A DNA stretch of 64,000 bases from Phycisphaerales bacterium UBA854 (GTDB taxonomy: Bacteria; Planctomycetota; Phycisphaerae; Phycisphaerales; SM1A02), in NCBI GenBank assembly GCA_002295885.1, contig DBGM01000002.1, positions 9,623 through 73,622 of the forward strand, in the 5' to 3' direction. Every line of letters starts with the position of its first letter. Position 1 is the stretch's first letter. The notes under the pieces were generated by a model. It was not told the origin of the DNA. It saw only the letters and a program-made list of their open reading frames with translations, and ran no database searches. Made by a program: the position numbers and the translations under genes. Shown here one piece after another: positions 1-7,216 of this stretch.

Positions 1-140
1 GTTCGGACCGCCTTTACGATGGCTGCACGGCGTTGTGGCATGGCTCAGGGTGATTCTAGCAGGGATTCGGGGTGTGATTTCGAAGGGATCCGATCAGGAG
101 CAGGGTCCGAGAAACCTTGGAATTTGTTCGGGTTCGCCGA

Positions 141-168
141 TTGAGTATCGGCTCTAAACCCTTACTAT
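141..168 (+). promoter_or_regulatory. putative sigma70-type promoter (TTGAGT-N16-TACTAT) upstream of PEP-CTERM-type gene
   Basis: TTGAGT at 141-146, a 16-nt spacer and TACTAT at 163-168, about 60 nt upstream of the ATG at 229. The same TTGAnn-N16-TAnnnT layout occurs upstream of two paralog genes at 21284 and 22483. Confidence 0.3.
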
Positions 169-228
169 GGCCGCGGAAAGAGAAACTGGTGGCTTCGGCC
201 TCCCTTGGGAAATCAAGAGGGAAGAATC

Positions 229-900
229 ATGAAAACCATGCACGCATGCGCCGCGCTCGCGGCTACGTTCGCTCTGGGCAGCACGGTCCTCGGTACCGTC
301 ATCCAGTCCGAAAGCTTTGAAAACTACTCGGTCGGCACCGGTGCCTTCGAGGACGCTGACACCACGAGCCACTGGCTGTCCAACTACGGCGATCACACGG
401 TGGTCGGCGACAACTGGACGGTCTGGTTCGAGGACACCGGTGGGTCCGGCTTCTCCGACGGCGACTACTTCGGGGTGACCAACTACACCGGCGGTGGCAT
501 CGGCGCCTACACCGACGGAATCCAGGGCTACCAGATGGGTGACACCGATGGATTGGTCATCATGACCTTCGAGGCCGTCGCCGGAGCAACCGGTGTGTCC
601 CTCGATCTGTTCGTTCGCTCGACCGGTTGGGAAGACACCGATCTGATCTACATCACCTTCGGTGACAGCGTGCTGATCGACACCACGGGCCAGGACATCG
701 ACAACGATTTCGCCGAACTCGAAGCCAACTGGACGTCGCTGAGTGCCACCGGTTCGGGTGCACTGGAGATCTGGTTCGCGTCGAACTCCTCGTCCGAATC
801 GATCGCCATCGACAATATCCAGTGGACGGGTGTTCCCGCCCCCGGCGCTCTGGCGCTGCTCGGCCTCGCCGGCCTGGCATCCCGCCGCCGCCGCCACTGA
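229..900 (+). CDS. secreted protein with PEP-CTERM-type (Pro-Ala-Pro variant) C-terminal sorting tail
   Basis: ORF 205..900; the ATG at 229 is preferred because it follows the purine-rich GAGGGAAG. Signal-like N-terminus MKTMHACAALAATFALGSTVLG. C-terminus VPAPGALALLGLAGLASRRRRH (hydrophobic helix plus Arg cluster). A terminator follows directly. Confidence 0.85.
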   Translation: MKTMHACAALAATFALGSTVLGTVIQSESFENYSVGTGAFEDADTTSHWLSNYGDHTVVGDNWTVWFEDTGGSGFSDGDYFGVTNYTGGGIGAYTDGIQGYQMGDTDGLVIMTFEAVAGATGVSLDLFVRSTGWEDTDLIYITFGDSVLIDTTGQDIDNDFAELEANWTSLSATGSGALEIWFASNSSSESIAIDNIQWTGVPAPGALALLGLAGLASRRRRH

Positions 901-923
901 ACCAGTTTCTGATTTCCAACTCG

Positions 924-955
924 ACGGACCCGCCTTGCGGCGGGTCCGTTTTTTT
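924..955 (+). terminator. rho-independent terminator
   Basis: 11-bp stem ACGGACCCGCC / GGCGGGTCCGT with loop TTGC, followed by a T7 run. It lies between convergent genes. Confidence 0.8.
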
Positions 956-2145
956 CATGACGGTTCGGCGAATCGGTCGTCGTCCGTGGACGCGTCAAGC
1001 TCCCGGAGCAGGCCCGAGACCCGCTCGGGGCCGATCGAATCCCGCCATTCCAGCAGCCCCCGCGGGTAGTTGACCCCGTAGCGGACCGCGGTGTCGATGT
1101 CGGCCGGAGCGGCGACGCCGTCGTGTTCGGCCCATCGTGCCTCGTTGATCAGGGCCGTGAGGATCCGGGCGAAGACCAGGGCCTGCTCGGGCGTGGCCTC
1201 CTGCTCCGAGGCATGACGGGTGAAGTCCATCGCAGCTGCGGCCAGTTCATCGGAAACGGCGGGTGCGTTCTCCACGACCTGGATGACGCACGTCGGTGTG
1301 TCCGCCTGATGGTCGTAGATGCCCCGGCCGCTCTTGCGCCCGAGGTGACCTTCCGATACCAGCGACTCCTGCAGCCAGCTCGGTGCGAGTCGCGCCGAAC
1401 GGTTCCACTGCTCCCAGACCGTTCGCGTCGTGGCGGTGTTCACGTCGTGGCCGATGAAGTCGGTCAGTTCCATCGGGCCCATGCGGAATCCACCGATGGT
1501 CTTCATGGTGTCGTCGATGAAGTCGGGGCTCGCGATGCCGTCTTCCACGATGCGGAACGCCTCGAGGTAGTAGGGGCGGGCGACGCGGTTGACGATGAAG
1601 CCCGGTGTGTCGGCGCAGCGTGCGACCTGCTTGCCCCACGCCGCCGCGATGTCCGCGACCCGGTCCACCACCGCCTCGTCGGTGTCGCGACCACGGACGA
1701 CTTCGACCAGTTTCATGATCGGCGCTGGATTGAAGAAGTGCATGCCGCAGCACCGACCGGGGATGTCGAGGCGGTCCCCGAGTTCACCGACCGACAGCGA
1801 CGAGGTGTTGGTCGCGACGATCGCATCCGAAGGCAGCCGGGGGACGAGCTCGCCGAGCACCTTCGTCTTGACCTCGAGGTCCTCGACGATGGCCTCGATC
1901 AGGAGTTCGCAGTCTCCCAGCCGACCATCGACGGGATGCAGCCGTTCACCGGCGGCATCGGCATCCTCACGGGTGATGCGTCCCTTCTCGACCAGCCGAT
2001 CGAGCCGTTTGCGAATGCCCGCAATGGCCGCTTCGACCACGGCATCGTCCACGTCCTGCAGGTGCACGTCCCAGCCGTGCTGGGCCGCGACCTGGGCGAT
2101 GCCGGCGCCCATGGCGCCGGCTCCGATGACGGCGACGCGGCTCAT
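955..2145 (-). CDS. 3-hydroxyacyl-CoA dehydrogenase (Hbd/PaaH-like, long form with extra C-terminal domain)
   Basis: ORF 955..2652 trimmed to the ATG at 2143-2145. Rossmann motif MSRVAVIGAGAMGAGIAQ; NTSS and HFFNPAP motifs. ATGA start/stop overlap with the upstream crotonase gene. The Arg/Pro-rich N-terminal 170 aa of the tracked ORF is treated as spurious. Confidence 0.85.
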   Translation of the reverse strand: MSRVAVIGAGAMGAGIAQVAAQHGWDVHLQDVDDAVVEAAIAGIRKRLDRLVEKGRITREDADAAGERLHPVDGRLGDCELLIEAIVEDLEVKTKVLGELVPRLPSDAIVATNTSSLSVGELGDRLDIPGRCCGMHFFNPAPIMKLVEVVRGRDTDEAVVDRVADIAAAWGKQVARCADTPGFIVNRVARPYYLEAFRIVEDGIASPDFIDDTMKTIGGFRMGPMELTDFIGHDVNTATTRTVWEQWNRSARLAPSWLQESLVSEGHLGRKSGRGIYDHQADTPTCVIQVVENAPAVSDELAAAAMDFTRHASEQEATPEQALVFARILTALINEARWAEHDGVAAPADIDTAVRYGVNYPRGLLEWRDSIGPERVSGLLRELDASTDDDRFAEPS

Positions 2146-2951
2146 CGGCCGGTGAACGCCGGGGGGCGCTTCTCCAGGAACGAGGTGACGCCTTCGAAGT
2201 GATCGCTGGTCTTGCCGGCGGTGTCCTGGGCGAAGGCCTCGGCCTCGAGCTGCTGCTCGAGCGTATTGCCGTAGGAATCGTTGAGCAGCCGCTTGGTGAG
2301 GTCGATGGCTCGCGGGGGCAGGGCGGCGAGCCGACCGGCGAACTTCGCGACCGCGTCCTCGAACTCGTCGGCGCCGCTGACGGAGGAGACGAGTCCGATG
2401 GCCTTCGCTTCCTCGGCCTTGACCGGTCGGCCGGTGCAGCAGAGTTCCATGGCCCGGCCCCAGCCGACCAGACGCGGCAGCGTCCAGGTGCTGGCGGAGT
2501 CGGGCACGAGTCCGACGTTCACGAAGACCTCGATGAACGAGGCGTGTTCGGACGCGAGGCGGAAGTCGCACGCGAGGGCCAGGCTGCAGCCGGCGCCGGC
2601 CGCGACGCCGTTGACCGCGGCGATGACGGGCTTGGCCATGCGACGGATGCACTTGATGCAGGGGTCGTAGCGCTTCTTGAGGTCGGCTCCCAGTTCGGGA
2701 ACGTGTCCCGGTACGTACTTGGCCTTGAGATCACCGAGATCCTGACCGCTGCTGAAGGCGCGGCCCGATCCGGTGATGACGATCACCCGCACGTCGGGAT
2801 TCTTCTCCGCGGCCTTGAGAGCCGAGGTGAGTTCCGAAAGCAGGGGACCGTTGAATGCATTCAGCACGTCCGGCCGGTTCATGGTGATGGTGTGGACGCC
2901 GTCGGCGGTCCCGCAGGTGATGACGGTGTAGTCGGTCTGGGTGGCGGTCAT
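2142..2951 (-). CDS. enoyl-CoA hydratase/isomerase family protein
   Basis: 269 aa. Crotonase signatures NRPDVLNAF, ITGSGRAFSSGQDL and AAVNGVAAGAGCSLALACDF. Confidence 0.85.
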   Translation of the reverse strand: MTATQTDYTVITCGTADGVHTITMNRPDVLNAFNGPLLSELTSALKAAEKNPDVRVIVITGSGRAFSSGQDLGDLKAKYVPGHVPELGADLKKRYDPCIKCIRRMAKPVIAAVNGVAAGAGCSLALACDFRLASEHASFIEVFVNVGLVPDSASTWTLPRLVGWGRAMELCCTGRPVKAEEAKAIGLVSSVSGADEFEDAVAKFAGRLAALPPRAIDLTKRLLNDSYGNTLEQQLEAEAFAQDTAGKTSDHFEGVTSFLEKRPPAFTGR

Positions 2952-2964
2952 GATCCGCTCCTTC

Positions 2965-3741
2965 TCATCGGCCCGTGAAGGTGGGGCGTCGTTTTTCCAG
3001 GAAGGCGGTCATGCCCTCCGTCTGATCCTCGGTGTCGAACAGATCGTAGAACAGTCTTCGTTCCCGCTTCAGTCCGTCCGACAGTGATTGTTCCTCGGCG
3101 TTGAGCACCGACTCCTTTGCGTTCTTCAGGGCGATGGGCCCGAGCGAGGCCATGCGGTGGGCCACCCGGACGGCTTCGGTGTACCAGTGCTCCCGGGGCA
3201 CCACGCGGCTGACGAGTCCGTGCCGCTCCGCTTCGGCCGCGGTGAGGAAGCGACCGGTGAGCACGATGTCCATGGCGAGGGCCTTGCCGACGGCCCGCGT
3301 GAGGCGCTGGGTGCCGCCGGCGCCGGGCATGACGCCGATGTTGATCTCGGGCTGGCCGATGCGCGCCGTCTCCGAGGCGACGATGACGTCGCAGTGCATC
3401 ATCAGTTCGCATCCGCCACCCAGGGCGAATCCGCTGACGGCAGCCACGATCGGCGTGCGGACGTTCTTGATCCGCTCCCACTGCGCGAACTGGTCCCGCT
3501 TCGACATCGCCTCGGCGTCGAGTTCGGCCATGTCGCCGATGTCGGCTCCGGCGGCGAAGGCCCGGTCGTTGCCGGCGAGTACGACGACCCGCACGTCATC
3601 GTCGGCGTCGAACTGCTCCATGAGCTCCGCCAACTGCTCCATGAGATCGAGGTTGAGGGCGTTGAGGACCTTGGGACGGTTGATGCGCACGATGGCCACG
3701 TGGCCGTCGCGTTCGGTCAGCAGGATCGGTTCATCGCTCAT
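2965..3741 (-). CDS. enoyl-CoA hydratase (crotonase)
   Basis: ORF 2965..4092 trimmed to the ATG at 3739-3741 (MSDEPILLTERDGHVAIVRINRPKVLNAL). Motifs GNDRAFAAGADI and AAVSGFALGGGCELMMHCD. ATGA overlap with the upstream thioesterase gene. Confidence 0.85.
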   Translation of the reverse strand: MSDEPILLTERDGHVAIVRINRPKVLNALNLDLMEQLAELMEQFDADDDVRVVVLAGNDRAFAAGADIGDMAELDAEAMSKRDQFAQWERIKNVRTPIVAAVSGFALGGGCELMMHCDVIVASETARIGQPEINIGVMPGAGGTQRLTRAVGKALAMDIVLTGRFLTAAEAERHGLVSRVVPREHWYTEAVRVAHRMASLGPIALKNAKESVLNAEEQSLSDGLKRERRLFYDLFDTEDQTEGMTAFLEKRRPTFTGR

Positions 3742-4154
3742 GCGTCGTGCTCCTTGTCGGGCTCCTCCGCCCGCTTGATGATCTTCGCCAGGGTCGTCTT
3801 GGGCAAGATGCGCTGGACCTGCCGTCCTTCGCCCAGCAGCCGTGTGCCGTCCCAGGCGGTGACGCGGCACACCAGGGTGGTGCCTTCCAGTTCGACGGCT
3901 TCGGCTTCGACCCGGACGACGTGGCCGACCGGGCACGGAGCCACGTGGTCGATCGAAAGGTGGGCGCCGATGCCCTCCTCGTGCGGTTCCAGGTGGTCCA
4001 CCAGGACCTTCCGGGCGGCCAGTTCCATGTGATGGGCCATGGACCAGGTCGAGTACACACGGTGCACCACGATCCCGTCGAAGGCGGGGCACATGTCCTC
4101 CGTCACCTCGATCCGGACTTCCGCCCGGTTTCCGACTTTCAGGCCCGGCTGCAT
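3738..4154 (-). CDS. hotdog-fold acyl-CoA thioesterase-like protein
   Basis: ORF 3738..4193 with the internal ATG at 4152-4154 preferred (MQPGLKVGNRAEVRIEVTEDM). The size and pattern fit small hotdog thioesterases, and it sits first in an operon with crotonases. Confidence 0.6.
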   Translation of the reverse strand: MQPGLKVGNRAEVRIEVTEDMCPAFDGIVVHRVYSTWSMAHHMELAARKVLVDHLEPHEEGIGAHLSIDHVAPCPVGHVVRVEAEAVELEGTTLVCRVTAWDGTRLLGEGRQVQRILPKTTLAKIIKRAEEPDKEHDA

Positions 4155-4205
4155 GGGCGGTAGTGTACCGGTGCGCCGCGTCGGCGCGAGCATGGAGCCC
4201 GGACC

Positions 4206-5015
4206 GTGGGACTCATCCTGTTGCTGCTGTTGGCCGCCGGCTTTCTCCTCTGGACGGGGGTGGTGCTCATTCTCCGTGCGGCCGCCGGCCCGACCCGCGA
4301 CGGCATCGGCCGGGCCCTGGCCCAGGGGCGTCCGACCGAGCCGCAGCAGCTCGGGTTCGAGGTCGCATCACGAACGATCGAGACCGAGGACGGTCTGGAA
4401 CTGCCGAGTTGGGAGTTCACGACCGGAAACGACGGTCCCACCGTGGTCTGGGTGCACGACTGGGGCGGCTCCCAACTTGGTCTGCTGCCGCGATTGCCGG
4501 CGTGGGCCGCCTGGTGCGGACGCATCGTGACCATGGATCTGCGGGGACACGGTGAAGCCCCGGGCCGATGTTCGTTGGGGCGTGACGAACTGGGTGATCT
4601 GCGGCGCTTGCTCGATCACCATGCCGGTGAATCGATCGTGCTGGCCGGAGAGGGGCTCGGTGCGGTGCTGGCGATCAACGCCGTGGCCGCGGGGTTCGTC
4701 GAGCCTCAGGGAATCTTCGCACTCGATCCGTTTGTCCACGGGAGCGAGCGATTTCGGGCGGCATTGAAGCGGGCGGGGTACCACGTCTTTCCGGCGGCGG
4801 ACCTGGCCCTGATCACGCTCTGGTTGCGGAATCGATCTCCGATCGATCTGGACTGGCCCGAAGCGCGCGTGGAGGTGCCCGTCCTGGCCCGATGCGAAGC
4901 CGACGAAGCCGCGTCGCTGCGTACGTTGGTTCCGGCCGGATCGCACATGCGGATCGAGCCGCTCGAGGAGGATGATCCCGATCGGGCCGCTGCCGTCGAA
5001 GGGCCGTGGTGGTGA
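4206..5015 (+). CDS. alpha/beta-hydrolase-fold protein, membrane-anchored; nucleophile position apparently Gly
   Basis: N-terminal TM segment MGLILLLLLAAGFLLWTGVVLIL. HG-type motif VVWVHDWGGS. The nucleophile elbow reads LAGEGLGA where G-x-S-x-G is expected. C-terminal GSHMRIEPLEE. Confidence 0.6.
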   Translation: MGLILLLLLAAGFLLWTGVVLILRAAAGPTRDGIGRALAQGRPTEPQQLGFEVASRTIETEDGLELPSWEFTTGNDGPTVVWVHDWGGSQLGLLPRLPAWAAWCGRIVTMDLRGHGEAPGRCSLGRDELGDLRRLLDHHAGESIVLAGEGLGAVLAINAVAAGFVEPQGIFALDPFVHGSERFRAALKRAGYHVFPAADLALITLWLRNRSPIDLDWPEARVEVPVLARCEADEAASLRTLVPAGSHMRIEPLEEDDPDRAAAVEGPWW

Positions 5016-5018
5016 GGA

Positions 5019-6458
5019 TCAGTGGGGGCGGGTCATCCCGCTGACGTCGAGGACGTCGTCCAGGGCCTTCGCATCGAGGATGCCGTGGGCCAGGCAGTAT
5101 TCGCGGATGGTCTGTCCGGTCTCGTAGGCGTGGTGGGCGATCTCCGCCGACTTGTTGTAGCCGATGACCGGAACCAGGGCGGTGCCGAGCATCAGGCTCT
5201 GTTCGACCGTCTCGTCGATCCGCTTGCGGTTGGCCTTGAGTCCGGCAACGCAGTTGTCGGCGAAGAGATCGGAGGCATTGGCCAGCAGCCGGATGCTCTC
5301 GAGCAGTCGTTCGGCCATGCAGGGCATCGAGACGTTCAGTTCCATCATGGAACCCACACCTCCCATGGCTCCGACGCCGATGGTCACATCGTTGCCTTCG
5401 ACCTGGGCCGTGACTTGCATCACCGATTCGACGAGGACCGGGTTGACCTTGCCGGGCATGATGGATGAGCCGGGCTGCAGTTCCGGCAGGATGATCTCGA
5501 ACCAGCTGGCCCGTGGTCCGGAACCCATCAGACGGATGTCGCTGGCGATCTTCGAGAGACTGATGGAGATCGTCCGCAGCAGTCCGTGGGCCTCGACGAT
5601 GCAGTCGCGGGTCGCCTGCGCCTCGAAGTGGTTGGCGGCTTCCTTGAACCGCACTCCGGTTGCCCTGGAAAGTCTCGATGCCACCAGACGACCGAAGCGG
5701 GGATGGGTGTTGATGCCGGTTCCGACGGCCGTTCCTCCGATGGGCAGGTTCGACGCCATGGCCTCGCTGGCCCGCTTGGCCCGTTCCACGGCGTGGTCGA
5801 TCTGGGCCGCGTAGCCGGAGAACTCCTGTCCGAGCCGGATGGGGGTCGCGTCCTGGAGATGGGTCCGACCGATCTTGACGTACTTGTCGAACTGCCTCGC
5901 CTTGGTGTGCAGCGTCCGGGCCAGCTTCTTCAGGGCCGGAAGCAGCGACTGCTTGATCTGGACGCACGCCGCGACCTGCATGGCGGTGGGGAAGGTGTCG
6001 TTGGAGGACTGTCCCATGTTGACGTGGTCGTTGGGATGCACCGGGTCCTGGGCACCGATCTTCGCACCCGCGGCCAGGCAGGCCATGTTGGATACGACTT
6101 CGTTGGTGTTCATGTTGCTGGACGTGCCGGATCCGGTCTGGAAGACGTCGACGGGGAAGTTGCGCATCATGGCCGTGCGTGCGTGGTCGTCGCCTTCGAG
6201 CGCCGTGGCGATCTCGGTGCACGCCTTCGCGATCAGTCGGCGTCGCTTCTGGGTCAGCTTGCCCAGTTCGTGATTCGATTCCGCCGCGGCCCCCTTGAGC
6301 AGGGCGAAGGCATGGATGATCTCGTGTCCCACGGCCCGCCCCGAGATGGGGAAGTTCAGCACGGCGCGTTGGGTACTGGCACCGTAGAGCACGTCCGCGG
6401 GGACGGTCATTGTCCCCATCGAGTCGCGTTCGGTTCTCGTCTTCGCCTTCGTGGCCAT
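5019..6458 (-). CDS. fumC: class II fumarate hydratase (fumarase/aspartase superfamily)
   Basis: 479 aa. Motifs DSMGTMTVPADVLYGASTQRA, QTGSGTSSNMNTNEV, SSNDTFPTAM and the signature GSSIMPGKVNP. The QTGSGT/SSNDTFPTAM pattern favours fumarase over aspartase. Confidence 0.75.
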   Translation of the reverse strand: MATKAKTRTERDSMGTMTVPADVLYGASTQRAVLNFPISGRAVGHEIIHAFALLKGAAAESNHELGKLTQKRRRLIAKACTEIATALEGDDHARTAMMRNFPVDVFQTGSGTSSNMNTNEVVSNMACLAAGAKIGAQDPVHPNDHVNMGQSSNDTFPTAMQVAACVQIKQSLLPALKKLARTLHTKARQFDKYVKIGRTHLQDATPIRLGQEFSGYAAQIDHAVERAKRASEAMASNLPIGGTAVGTGINTHPRFGRLVASRLSRATGVRFKEAANHFEAQATRDCIVEAHGLLRTISISLSKIASDIRLMGSGPRASWFEIILPELQPGSSIMPGKVNPVLVESVMQVTAQVEGNDVTIGVGAMGGVGSMMELNVSMPCMAERLLESIRLLANASDLFADNCVAGLKANRKRIDETVEQSLMLGTALVPVIGYNKSAEIAHHAYETGQTIREYCLAHGILDAKALDDVLDVSGMTRPH

Positions 6459-6508
6459 GATTCGGCACTCCTGTTGGTTCGGGAGGCAGGGTACCCCGTC
6501 GGTCCGGC

Positions 6509-7216
6509 TCAGGCCAGCAGCGCCGGGAGCAGTTCCGCCGCGGACCCGATGAGTTCGACGTCAGCGATCCCGCTGGCCTGGCTGGGATTCATGTTGACCA
6601 CGACGATTCGGGCCCCGTGGTGGCGCGCAAGAGTGATGAGTCCGGCGGCCGGATAGACACTGGCATCGGTGCCGACCACCAGGAGCACGTCGCAGTTCGA
6701 GCAGGCCGCCTCCGCTTGCTGCCAGACGTCCGGATCGAGGGCTTCGCCGAACCAGACGACATCCGGCCGAAGCTCCGCCCGGCCGCACGGACACGGGCGA
6801 CGCCCCGGCGGATCGGTGAGATCGATGCGTTCGATGTGTCCGCATTCGCCGTGGCAGCGATCGGCTGCGATGTCTCCGTGCACTTGAATGACCGAATCGC
6901 ACCCGGCGCGAAGCAGCAGATCGTCCGTGTTCTGCGTGACCTGAACGATGTCCTCGCGTGCCGCCAGGATTCGATGGGCGGGATTCGGATCCGCGGACCC
7001 GATCTGGCTTCGCCGCGCCGCGTACCAGTCCATGACCAGATCCGGATCCTCCGCGAAGCCCTGTGGCGAAGCCAACCGCATCGGATCGTGCTTGGTCCAC
7101 CATCCGCCCACGGGATCCCGGAACGTGCCGACGCCCGAGGGAGCGCTCAGACCCGCACCGGAAAAGCAGGTGATTCGTTCGGCCGCATCGACGATCTGAC
7201 GGGCGGCTTCCAGCAT
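6509..7216 (-). CDS. cobB: NAD-dependent protein deacylase, Sir2 family
   Basis: Motifs GAGLSAPSGVGTFRD, QNTDDLLLRAG, catalytic QVHGD, a Zn ribbon C-x3-C...C-x-C (CHGECGH...CPCG), and RPDVVWFGE. Confidence 0.85.
   Translation of the reverse strand: MLEAARQIVDAAERITCFSGAGLSAPSGVGTFRDPVGGWWTKHDPMRLASPQGFAEDPDLVMDWYAARRSQIGSADPNPAHRILAAREDIVQVTQNTDDLLLRAGCDSVIQVHGDIAADRCHGECGHIERIDLTDPPGRRPCPCGRAELRPDVVWFGEALDPDVWQQAEAACSNCDVLLVVGTDASVYPAAGLITLARHHGARIVVVNMNPSQASGIADVELIGSAAELLPALLA

Noticed and set aside
6509-7216. The Sir2-domain gene next to a large repeat protein as a possible defence-associated sirtuin system (DSR/Thoeris-like).
   Set aside because: The sirtuin has the full canonical deacylase features: GAG.S..SG, QN.D, the catalytic His and a four-Cys zinc ribbon. 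It is of CobB size. Defence Sir2 domains generally lack this set. No other defence-type domains are adjacent.
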